Source: a virus
Lineage: Duplodnaviria > Caudoviricetes
IMG/VR virus record: IMGVR_UViG_3300011559_000001
Span: 224,001 to 288,000 of that record
DNA: 64,000 nt
Direction: 5' to 3' (one strand)
How positions within the stretch are numbered: position 1 is the stretch's first letter; each line of letters opens with the position of its first letter. The position numbers and the translations under genes are program-made. The notes below the pieces were generated by a model. That model was not told the DNA's origin. It was given only the letters and a program-made list of their open reading frames with translations, and made no database searches. Positions 47,824 to 56,502 of this stretch are shown in pieces.

Positions 47824-50800
47824 ATGAAGAATTCCCGTATCGCTGCGCAGCTGCGTAGCTTGACGCTCGCACCGTCGCTGGAGAGCGATGACACTGCCAG
47901 CACCACCGAGACCGGCCCGGGCAGCGAAGGCGTGGTCAAGACCGACGTCGACACCGACGCCGAGTCCCCCAACCAGACCACCGACGAAACCACCCCGGCC
48001 GAAGGCAAAGACCTGAGCGTCACCACTTCCGAAGTGGGCGAGCGTTCGGACCTGGAATCGGCCCAGACCCAGATCAAGCCGGGTGAAGGTGAGCCGACCG
48101 AAGTGTCGCTGGAAGCCTTCAGCACTGCCACCAAGGCCAAGATCCGTCGCTTCTTCGGCGGCGCGCTGTACACCGGCAAGCTGTACGAAAAGGTCGAGAA
48201 GATCGACGAGCAGATCCGTGCACTCGAAGAGCAGATCGCGGCCGTGGAGAAGACCAAGTCGGTCTCCAACGAAGGTCTGGAAGGCGCCAAGTGGGAAGGT
48301 GTCAAGGCCGACATGAAGGCCTCGTGGGGCTTCATGCCCGACCCGGATCGCCCCGGCAAGACCAAGTGGCGTTTCACCGGCAGTCCGATGAAGCTGGCCG
48401 CGGCCAAGGCCGAACAGCTGGAAGAGCTGGAGAACAAGAAGGCAAAGCTGGAAGAAAAGCTGCAGGCCCTGCTGGTTGCCAACAAGGGCAAGGTCTCCAC
48501 CGAATCGGTCGTGGACCCGGACGAAATTCCGGACAACTCCAAGAACGTCGACGCCGACCGCGAGACCGGTCCGGGTGGCGAAGGTGTGGTCAAGCAGACC
48601 CTGGACACTCACGGCGAATCGCCGAACCAGACCACCGAAGAAACCACGCCGGCCGAGAACAAGGACCTGACCACCAAGACCGTCGAAGTCGGCGAGCGCG
48701 GTGAGCTGGAAAGCGCCGAAACCAATTCGGACAAGGACGGCGAGAACGTCGTCGTGTCGAGCGAGTCGCTGGTCGCTGCCGGCATCATCGGCCTGGCCGC
48801 TGGCTTCTCCACCTGGGCCGCCGGCAAGTTCGTGAAGGAGGTCGATTCGATCGCCGACCTGCAGAAGCGCATCAAGCAGGCCAAGGAAGACACCAAGAAG
48901 GCCGAACAGGAATTCGTCGATCGCGCCAAGGCTGTCGCCGCCGCCGCCAAGGCCAAGTCGCCGACCGTCTCGCAGGAAGCGGACAACGAGAAGGCCTCGC
49001 TGGGCCAGCAGCTGCGCGGTGCCGCCAGCGCCACGATCACCTCCGGTATCGGCGTGGTCGGCGGTTTCGCTCTGGGTGGTCCGATCGGTGCCGCTATCGG
49101 TGGTCTGATCATGGCCGGCGCCTGGACGATGGACATGAAGCGCGCTGCCAAGATCTGCCGCGACAAGCGCGCCGAACTGCTGGCCTTGGAACTGAAGCTG
49201 GCCGACCGTCAGCTGGAACTGGCCACCCGCGTGGCTGCTGCTGAGAAGCAGTACAAGGTTTCCAACGAAAGCCTGGACGAGTTCGAAGCCCTGTCGGTGT
49301 CGACCGAATCCTTCAAGTCGGTGATCAAGTTCATCGTCAGCAAGGAGCGCCGCCTGGAGTGGTCGCTGGAGCAGTCGCCGAAGTGGAACGCCGAGATCGA
49401 CGCCGACATCGCTGATGTCCGTGAACGCATCGCCGCGGCCAAGAAGGCCGACAACCCGGCCAAGGTCCGCAAGCTGGAAGAAGAGCTGGCTTGGTACATC
49501 GAGCTGAAGGACGATGCGGCCGCCACCGACAAGGAGTTCCGTGAGGAACTGGCCCGTATCCGCGCCAAGAAGGCTGCCGCCCAGAAGGTCGTGTCCACCG
49601 AAGCGTTCGACGACGCCGCCGCTGCTGCCGCCGCTGCTTTCGCCGAAGGCGCTGCTGGTGCCGCTGAAGCCGCTGCTGCCGCCACCGGCGGTGACGCTGG
49701 CGAAGTGACCGAGCACGTGACCGAAGTCGCCGAAACCGTTGCCGAAACCGTGGCTGCCGATGTTGCCGAAGACGCTGGCGCTGACGCCGGTGCTGAAGCA
49801 GGCGAAGCCGCTGCCGAAGGCGACGTGGAAGACGTCTCCGATGACGAGCTGGCCGCCGGCGAAGCCGAGCTGAACGAACTGGACGGCTCGATCGAAGAGG
49901 CCGAAGGTCACGCCGAAGAGTACGAGCAGGCTGCTGCCACCATGGAATCGCTGATCGACGCGCTGCGTTCGGCCCAGCTGTCCGGTGGTCTGACCCCGCA
50001 GTCGGCGCAGTTCGCTACGATCACCTTCGAGTCGGTCGGTATCCGTCTGACCGGTGCTCCGTTCCAGAACGCCCACGGCGAATCGGCCATGCCGTCGCTG
50101 GAATCGTTCGGCGGCACGATGCGTCGTGACCAGGCCACCTCGATCTCCCTGGAGAACGCTGGCCAGTGGTTCGCCAAGATCTGGGAAGTGCTGAAGAACA
50201 CCTGGGCGCAGATCAGCGCTTGGATTGCCAACTTCATCAAGGTCCTGTTCTCGCAGGGCGAGCGCTACAAGCAGCGCGCACTGAAGATCCAGCAGCTGTC
50301 CAAGGGCAACCTGCCGCAGCCGAAGAACCGCACGGTCAAGGCCGGCGCCGCTGGTGCCAAGATCGCGGTCGGCGACAAGCTGGACGTGAACAACATGTCC
50401 CTGCTGCTGAACTTCGCCACCGCCGTCAAGGGTACGATGAACAGCACTGAGGACGGCGAAGCCAACCTGGTCGCCTACGTCAACTCCTTCGACCAGGCCA
50501 AGATCGACGGCTACAAGAACGCGCAGGCCGGCGAACCGACCTTCGGTGCGATGGGTCCGTTCAAGAACCCGCAGGATGTGGATGGCAAGTCCGGTTTCGC
50601 TACCGACGTGATGCCGGGCAACTACCGCCTGGTCATCGTGCCGTCCGAGGCCAACGCTGTGGTCGCCAAGATCGCCAGCGTCCTGGGTCGCAACGCCGGT
50701 CCGACGCGGGTCATCAAGCGCGTGCAGGAAGAGGGTGGTGCCGGTGAAGATGCCACCATGAACCTGTGGTTGGGCCCGCAGATCGGTTCGGTCTGCACCC

Positions 50801-51246
50801 ACGTGATCAAGACCCTGGACATCGTGGCTCAGATGCGTCCGGTCTGGGAAAAGGCAGCTTCGCTGAAGCTGACCCACAGCGGCAGTGCTGATTTCTCCGA
50901 AGAGGACCAGGCGGTCGTCAAGGAAATCATCAACGCCACCCAGCGTCGTTCCCGCGAAGAAGCCGCCGCCATCAAGGCGATCGGTCAGGCACTGGTCGCC
51001 ACCAGCGGTCACTACCTGGACGTTTGCGCAGTGCACCTGAAGGAGTACGGCGTGAACGTGGGTCTGGCTGACAAGGCTGTCGCCGGTGTCAAGGATGCGG
51101 CCGCCAAGGCCGGTGAAGCCACCAGCAACGCTGCTGGCGCTGCCAAGGACGCTGCTGGCAAGGCTGCCGGCGCCGTGAAGGATGCTGCGGGTAACGCCGC
51201 TGCCGCCGTCAAGGGCGCTGTCAGCAAGCCGGCAACGGCTGCCTAA
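47824..51246 (+). CDS. Large head/ejection protein (phiKZ gp93-97-like family) with many S-x-E processing sites
   Basis: 1140 aa; eight V-S-x-E plus PSLE/ISLE sites; family-type propeptide and C-terminal domain. Confidence 0.8.
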   Translation: MKNSRIAAQLRSLTLAPSLESDDTASTTETGPGSEGVVKTDVDTDAESPNQTTDETTPAEGKDLSVTTSEVGERSDLESAQTQIKPGEGEPTEVSLEAFSTATKAKIRRFFGGALYTGKLYEKVEKIDEQIRALEEQIAAVEKTKSVSNEGLEGAKWEGVKADMKASWGFMPDPDRPGKTKWRFTGSPMKLAAAKAEQLEELENKKAKLEEKLQALLVANKGKVSTESVVDPDEIPDNSKNVDADRETGPGGEGVVKQTLDTHGESPNQTTEETTPAENKDLTTKTVEVGERGELESAETNSDKDGENVVVSSESLVAAGIIGLAAGFSTWAAGKFVKEVDSIADLQKRIKQAKEDTKKAEQEFVDRAKAVAAAAKAKSPTVSQEADNEKASLGQQLRGAASATITSGIGVVGGFALGGPIGAAIGGLIMAGAWTMDMKRAAKICRDKRAELLALELKLADRQLELATRVAAAEKQYKVSNESLDEFEALSVSTESFKSVIKFIVSKERRLEWSLEQSPKWNAEIDADIADVRERIAAAKKADNPAKVRKLEEELAWYIELKDDAAATDKEFREELARIRAKKAAAQKVVSTEAFDDAAAAAAAAFAEGAAGAAEAAAAATGGDAGEVTEHVTEVAETVAETVAADVAEDAGADAGAEAGEAAAEGDVEDVSDDELAAGEAELNELDGSIEEAEGHAEEYEQAAATMESLIDALRSAQLSGGLTPQSAQFATITFESVGIRLTGAPFQNAHGESAMPSLESFGGTMRRDQATSISLENAGQWFAKIWEVLKNTWAQISAWIANFIKVLFSQGERYKQRALKIQQLSKGNLPQPKNRTVKAGAAGAKIAVGDKLDVNNMSLLLNFATAVKGTMNSTEDGEANLVAYVNSFDQAKIDGYKNAQAGEPTFGAMGPFKNPQDVDGKSGFATDVMPGNYRLVIVPSEANAVVAKIASVLGRNAGPTRVIKRVQEEGGAGEDATMNLWLGPQIGSVCTHVIKTLDIVAQMRPVWEKAASLKLTHSGSADFSEEDQAVVKEIINATQRRSREEAAAIKAIGQALVATSGHYLDVCAVHLKEYGVNVGLADKAVAGVKDAAAKAGEATSNAAGAAKDAAGKAAGAVKDAAGNAAAAVKGAVSKPATAA
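47908..48717 (+). repeat. Internal 52-aa duplication (47908-48063 and 48562-48717)
   Basis: ETGPGSEGVVK..ESPNQTTDETTPAEGKDL..EVGERSDLESA vs ETGPGGEGVVK..ESPNQTTEETTPAENKDL..EVGERGELESA. Confidence 0.9.
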
Positions 51247-51261
51247 GCGATCCAAGTAACA

Positions 51262-51303
51262 GGCATAACGACGGGGCCCCTTCGGGGGTCCCGTCTTATG
51301 TCG
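51262..51303. terminator. Hairpin with GGCATAA/TTATG flanks
   Basis: GACGGGGCCCC-ttcg-GGGGTCCCGTC. Confidence 0.75.
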
Positions 51304-51368
51304 TCTATTGTATGTGTCCCGCGAACTGTGCGCGGACCATGCACACTTTTTTCGCGAGAGAACCTCTG

Positions 51369-51833
51369 ATGAAAAACAATCTTCGCTCCCATTTCACCCA
51401 GAACACCAGCTTGGAGTCGTTCGACGACGAAAGCGCGGTGCTCGGTCACACCGATGCGGTTGCCAGTGCCTATGCTGAAGAGCAGGTCCTGGATGGCCGT
51501 GATCGTGAGCTGCTGGAAGATCAGCTCAAGGCTGCCGAAGCCGACCACGAAACCCTGGCCAATCTGGCTTCGGCCGTGGAAGGTGAACGTGACGTCGGTC
51601 TGGAAGCCGGCTCGGCGGGCTTCATGCAGCTGACCCTGGCTTCGATCCAGAAGCGCCACGGCATCGATGAGAACGTCCAGACCCATGCGGCCATGCCGTC
51701 GCTGGAGTGCTTCGACGGTCGTATGGCCCGTGTGGCCACCTCGCTGTCGCTGGAATCGGTCCGCAACACCCAGGCCATCGTCAAGCAGACGGTGGACACC
51801 CTGCGGGCGCGTCTGGCTACCGAGACCAACTGA
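51369..51833 (+). CDS. Short head-protein paralog (propeptide-like region only)
   Basis: TSLES, AMPSLECF, SLSLES; homologous to the propeptide part of 47824..51246. Confidence 0.7.
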   Translation: MKNNLRSHFTQNTSLESFDDESAVLGHTDAVASAYAEEQVLDGRDRELLEDQLKAAEADHETLANLASAVEGERDVGLEAGSAGFMQLTLASIQKRHGIDENVQTHAAMPSLECFDGRMARVATSLSLESVRNTQAIVKQTVDTLRARLATETN

Positions 51834-51834
51834 C

Positions 51835-53268
51835 ATGAAGCGCCTGGGCTTTGCAATCATGGCAGCGCACAACAACGCTGCAACGCGCGTCAGTTTCGAA
51901 TCCCATGTGGATGAACTGAACGACCTGAACGTGTCGCTGGAAGCACAGCTGCAGGAGATCGATGATCTCACTCAGCTGGCCTCGGGCTTGGAAGGTGTGG
52001 TGACCTCGTTTGAGTCCATCGACCGTCCGACCTACCAGCACCACCTCAATGCACGCTCGCAGGCCCTGTCCCTGCTGCGTATGTCCGGCCTGTCGGCCAG
52101 TGAAAGCCGTCAGCTGGTTCCGTCGATGGAAGCCGGCGAAGCGTCCTCGGGCTGGCAGAAGTTCAAGGCCTTCCTGCTGAAGCTGTGGGAGATGGTCAAG
52201 GTTGCTGCCAAGAAGGTCTACGCCTTCATCGACAACATCCTCAAGTCCTCCACCGTGGCTGAGAAGGCTGCCATCCTCAAGCTGCGCGTCCTGCGTCAGA
52301 AGCTGGCGGCACGTTCGGGCAGTATGTCCGTCAAGGCCACCGTCCCGCTGCGTTCGGCCCACGGCTATATCGTCGGCAGTACTTTCAAGGGCCAGGATCT
52401 GACGCTGATGATCCCCCAGAGTGTCGAGGACGTCAACGCCACTGTTGCTGAATGGAAGAAGGGACGGAGCATCATCCAGACCAAGCTGCCGGCCACCCTC
52501 AAGCAGGTGAGCAAGGATCTGAAGGCTGCCATCGATGGACTGGCCCTGACCGGTACGGACGAAGAAGTCAGCACCTCGATCATCAACAGTCGCGATGTCA
52601 TCCACGATGCCATCGACCCGATGTTCGGCGGCTACCTGAAGACCCATCTGGGTCTGGGTGTTCCGGGTGCGTTTGACATGTACCCGCTGGTCTACGATCG
52701 TGTCCTGAAATTCCATGGCGTCAGTGATGCCTCGGAAGGTCGCGAGTACGACAACCTCAGCGCCGCTGACCGCGAAGCCCTGCTCTCCGAGTATGGCGTG
52801 TCGGTGGAGCAGATTGACCTGGAAGACATCGCCAAAGAAGGCGTGTCCATCAGCGCCGCCTCCACCCGCGACATCGACAGCCTGCTCAAGTCGGCACAGC
52901 TGTTGCTGGATGAAGGCTACTCCTCCGACCAGAGCCGGTCCTGGAATTCCCTCAAGCGCAACCTGGACTTCTACGGCGCTGCCGTGGAAGGCGTACTGAA
53001 GGCTGTGCTCAAGCGCGAGAACCTGGACCAAGATGCCCGCAACCTGATCACCTTCGCACTGCATGCCCGTCGTGCCTTGCTGAAGTGGGCCTCTGCTCCG
53101 TACGCCCAGATCAACACCCTCAATGTTCGCGTGGTCGAATCCCTGCTGGCGCTGTGCTCTGACTTCATCACCAACTTGGACGAATCCGAGGTGGAGAAGC
53201 GTGAGCGCGACGTGGCTGAGAAGAAGACCAAGAAGGACGACAAGGACAAGTCCGGTAAGGACAAGTAA
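51835..53268 (+). CDS. Head/ejection protein paralog (gp93-97-like)
   Basis: VSFES, VSLEA, PSMEA followed by amphipathic helix WQKFKAFLLKLWEMVK. Confidence 0.75.
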   Translation: MKRLGFAIMAAHNNAATRVSFESHVDELNDLNVSLEAQLQEIDDLTQLASGLEGVVTSFESIDRPTYQHHLNARSQALSLLRMSGLSASESRQLVPSMEAGEASSGWQKFKAFLLKLWEMVKVAAKKVYAFIDNILKSSTVAEKAAILKLRVLRQKLAARSGSMSVKATVPLRSAHGYIVGSTFKGQDLTLMIPQSVEDVNATVAEWKKGRSIIQTKLPATLKQVSKDLKAAIDGLALTGTDEEVSTSIINSRDVIHDAIDPMFGGYLKTHLGLGVPGAFDMYPLVYDRVLKFHGVSDASEGREYDNLSAADREALLSEYGVSVEQIDLEDIAKEGVSISAASTRDIDSLLKSAQLLLDEGYSSDQSRSWNSLKRNLDFYGAAVEGVLKAVLKRENLDQDARNLITFALHARRALLKWASAPYAQINTLNVRVVESLLALCSDFITNLDESEVEKRERDVAEKKTKKDDKDKSGKDK

Positions 53269-53367
53269 GACGGCGGCACTCCGGGGCGAAAGCTCCGGAG
53301 TGCCATCTTATGGCGTTTGCACAACAGGCCTGTGTGCTAGCCTTCCCTTTAAACATGGAATACGCGT

Positions 53368-55515
53368 ATGTCCAACATTGCCAATGCTCTGCGTCGACTT
53401 GCCTCTGGACGGCATGTCAGCCTGGAGAATGATGTCGATCCGGCCGTCCAGGGCCAGGAAGACAACCTCGATGAAAACGAACTGAAGGGCGTGGCCGAGA
53501 AGGCCGCCGCTTCGGTGGATGGTGAAGAAGGTGCTGATGCCGGCGCTACCGGCGATACTGCCGGTGCCGATGACATCGGTGGTGACGTGCCGGGCGGCGA
53601 AGACGCCGCTGCTGGTGACGGTACCGATGCTCCTGCTGACGCCGGCGTCGACGCAGGTGCTGCTCCCGATGCCGTCGCTGCACCGCCGGCTGATGCCGCC
53701 CCGCCCGAACCGGGCGCTGACGAAATCCAGACCCCGGCCGAAGCCGAGTTCGAGGAAACCACCGGTGAGCAGACCGACACCGATCCGACCGATCCCAATG
53801 CCGACCCGCTCGACCCCGCCGGCGAAATCCCCGGCGGCGAAGACACTGGCGATGCTGGCCAGTCCACCGAAACCGCTGAAGCCGGCGAAGCTGCCGCTGC
53901 TGACGCAGGTGCTGACATCGGCGGTGAGATCCCCGGCGGTGAAGTGCCGGGCGCCGACGCTGCGGTGACCGATGCCCCGGCCGCTGCTGCTCCGACTCCC
54001 GAAGCTGCCGCTACTCCGGAAGCCGCCGCCCCGACCGACGTGGTTCCCCCGCCGGAAGGCAGTGCCGCTGCTGCTGATGCTCAGCCGGCCGAAGCGCCGG
54101 CCGCGACCCCCGAGTCGATCGAGAAGTCCGACGCGGTGCGCGAAGTGGTCGAGCTGACCGAAGCTGCTGCCAGTGCTGCCTCGGCTGAAGAAGTCCTTCA
54201 GCAGGCCCGTGGTGTGCAGGACGGTCTGACCGAACTGGCTGACACTGCCGATGCCATCAACGAATCCGGCGGCGTGGACATGCAGTCCTTCGCCGTGCTG
54301 ACCCTGGCGGCCAAGGCCTTCACCAGCCAGCTGGATCGCCCCGAGCTGAAGTTCGGCGTGACCATGGAACAGCTGGCCGGTGGCAAGCGTGCCAAGGTGT
54401 CGCTGGAAGCCATCGAAGAGCTGGTCGGTGAAATGCAGCTGATCGATCCGGACCTGGAGCGTGAAGCCCTGAACGAGCTGGACCGCATGGTCTGCGCGAT
54501 CAAGGACTCCCTGCCGGCTGCGCGCGATCGCGTGCGTGCCGTGGTGGCTCGCTCCAAGGCCAAGACTGCCGAGAACACCGGACAGATCGACCTGGATCCG
54601 AACCTGGCTGCGGCCCTGACCATCGACGGCCAGATGCCCGAAGACCTCTCCGACGGCCTGTTCAACTACATCGAACTGGGCAAGTCGCTGATCAACAGCT
54701 ACAGCCCGGCTGCCTTCCGTGCCGCCACCGAAGCGTCCCTGCTGACCAACTCCGTCGAGTTCAACTCGGTGGAAGGTTTCTGGGAGAAGGTCGGTCAGCG
54801 CGTGGACGCCGTCAAGGATCCGCGTCACCTGATCCCGGCCTCGCTCCTGCAGACCTGTCTGCCGGGCGGTTCGGCCCTGTTCAGCGAAATGGCCGGTGGT
54901 GCCGAAGCTTCCAACCCGGTGGCCACCAAGCTGTACGAGTACGCCGACGGCCTGGTGCCGCTGGAAGCTACCGTGGCCGTGCGTGCGCAGGAAGGTGCTG
55001 GTGCTTCGTCCTACGCAGCGCTGGGCAACTCCAAGATCACCTCGATCGGTACGGGCTTCCTGGACGTACTGGACATGGAGAAGATCAACGACCTGCTCGA
55101 GCAGGGCTCCAAGTTGTGGCCGGACGCCAAGGGCGCTATCCGTCACCTGCGTGAAGTCCTGGACGGCGCGCCGGAAGAGATCACCAGCGTGGCTGGTGGT
55201 GAGTTCCCGCAGCTGGTGAAGTACATGGAAGTCAACTACTCGTTGGCGACCTGGCCGCTGTTGGTCTACCTGACCAACATGGTCTTCACTGCCAACGCGT
55301 TCGTGCTGCTGTCCGAGCTGTCCCTGAAGGCCGTGGAGACCACTCCGGAGCCGGTGGCTGCTGTGGAACCGACCGTGGATGCTGCCGTGGCTGAACCGAC
55401 CCCGGTGGAAGGTACCGATCCGCTGGAGACCGAACTGCCGCCGGAACCGGTGACCACCGATGAACCGGCTGCTGATGCGGCTGTGGTCGACGACGCCGAA
55501 CTGCCTCCGGCCTAA
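53368..55515 (+). CDS. Head/ejection protein paralog with long acidic Ala/Pro/Gly region
   Basis: VSLEN, VTMEQ, VSLEA; (D/E)(I/V)PGGE repeats. Confidence 0.75.
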   Translation: MSNIANALRRLASGRHVSLENDVDPAVQGQEDNLDENELKGVAEKAAASVDGEEGADAGATGDTAGADDIGGDVPGGEDAAAGDGTDAPADAGVDAGAAPDAVAAPPADAAPPEPGADEIQTPAEAEFEETTGEQTDTDPTDPNADPLDPAGEIPGGEDTGDAGQSTETAEAGEAAAADAGADIGGEIPGGEVPGADAAVTDAPAAAAPTPEAAATPEAAAPTDVVPPPEGSAAAADAQPAEAPAATPESIEKSDAVREVVELTEAAASAASAEEVLQQARGVQDGLTELADTADAINESGGVDMQSFAVLTLAAKAFTSQLDRPELKFGVTMEQLAGGKRAKVSLEAIEELVGEMQLIDPDLEREALNELDRMVCAIKDSLPAARDRVRAVVARSKAKTAENTGQIDLDPNLAAALTIDGQMPEDLSDGLFNYIELGKSLINSYSPAAFRAATEASLLTNSVEFNSVEGFWEKVGQRVDAVKDPRHLIPASLLQTCLPGGSALFSEMAGGAEASNPVATKLYEYADGLVPLEATVAVRAQEGAGASSYAALGNSKITSIGTGFLDVLDMEKINDLLEQGSKLWPDAKGAIRHLREVLDGAPEEITSVAGGEFPQLVKYMEVNYSLATWPLLVYLTNMVFTANAFVLLSELSLKAVETTPEPVAAVEPTVDAAVAEPTPVEGTDPLETELPPEPVTTDEPAADAAVVDDAELPPA

Positions 55516-55524
55516 GGACTGACC

Positions 55525-55890
55525 GTGCTCACTAGCGAAATGCTGCTGACTGCAGCCGCACGAGCACAGGCAGAAGTGGGCGATGCGGTGAAGGAACAAA
55601 CCTTGGAAGAGGGGCGGGACATCACCGTGGGACTGAGTGAGCTTGTCAATGAGCTCAACACTCAGAATGCCAACGGGGGCGTGGGAGTTGATTCCCTCGC
55701 CCTTGCCCATGTGGCCCTTGAGGCCATTGGGCGGCGTTCGGGTGTTCCGGTGGGTCTGACCATTGTCTCGCTGGAAGAAATCAGTGAAGACAAGAAGCAT
55801 CAGATCGATACGGTTACCTTGGAGGCCCTGGTGGACTCCTGGGAATGGACCAATCGTCAGCTGGCCCGTGGCACCCAATCACTGGTATAA
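55525..55890 (+). CDS. Short head-protein paralog (propeptide-like region only)
   Basis: AAGGA RBS, GTG start; GGVGVDSLALA..IGRRSG..VSLEE..VTLEA. Confidence 0.6.
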   Translation: MLTSEMLLTAAARAQAEVGDAVKEQTLEEGRDITVGLSELVNELNTQNANGGVGVDSLALAHVALEAIGRRSGVPVGLTIVSLEEISEDKKHQIDTVTLEALVDSWEWTNRQLARGTQSLV

Positions 55891-55929
55891 GTCGCTAGAG
55901 GCCCTTTCGGGGGCCTCTAGCTATGCCGC
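55884..55929. terminator. Hairpin with TATGCCG flank
   Basis: GCTAGAGGCCCT-ttcg-GGGGCCTCTAGC-TATGCCG. Confidence 0.75.
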
Positions 55930-56049
55930 CTAATTGTGAAGAGAGCGTCAAGTTTCAATAAAACTCTACTCAGTAGCTTCACACCTGTGGAGAAGATAAC
56001 TCGAGGTGTCTTCTTCAAACCCGTCTCACCCTCGAAAGGAGCATACACA

Positions 56050-56445
56050 ATGCGACTTATCGACCAGCGGCCCAATAGCCGTCAGCCCTCCTTTCCGCTG
56101 ACTGTTATGGCCTTGGGAGACCAGCAACACGGGGAAGCGTGTCACTATTACAGGACCGTTCTGAACCATGACGATCACGTGGACCTTGGCGGGCCCGAGA
56201 TCGTGTTCAGCAGCGGTGAGAGTCAGGAGCTGGACGGGATCACACCCGACTGTCTTCTGGCAATCTGCGAGGACCGCGCGAAGAGCCAAGTGCATGAGCA
56301 TCCGAGCATGCATCTGGTAGTTTTGCAGTTACAAGCGGCTCGCAGGGCGCTTGCAGCTGATGAATCGAGTGGGGCTTTCCATCCCACTCAGTCAGGGGGC
56401 GATTCAAGCCGAGCTAGCGACGCGCACGCAAACGCACGCCAGTAA
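56050..56445 (+). CDS. Diverged Tad1-like (anti-defence sponge fold) protein, copy 1
   Basis: AAGGAG RBS; TVMALGDQQHGEACHYY..IVFSSG..GITPDCLLAICEDRAKS aligns by eye with recalled Tad1 motifs. Confidence 0.55.
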   Translation: MRLIDQRPNSRQPSFPLTVMALGDQQHGEACHYYRTVLNHDDHVDLGGPEIVFSSGESQELDGITPDCLLAICEDRAKSQVHEHPSMHLVVLQLQAARRALAADESSGAFHPTQSGGDSSRASDAHANARQ

Positions 56446-56502
56446 GGTTGGGGAATACTCGGGGCATTAACCCACCCATGTACTTACCAAAGGAAGACCA
56501 CC

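Noticed and set aside
45202-51255. 2017-aa minus-strand ORF
   Set aside because: Antisense shadow of strongly codon-biased plus-strand head genes; no RBS or recognisable motifs
51667-51835. Frameshift fusion of 51369 ORF with 51835 ORF
   Set aside because: No slippery sequence seen; the downstream ORF has its own ATG 1 nt after the stop and its own propeptide
53308-55878. 856-aa minus-strand ORF and similar long antisense ORFs (2522..4378, 4727..6334, 13924..15681, 20355..22151)
   Set aside because: Expected from GC3 bias suppressing antisense stop codons; each overlaps a well-supported gene
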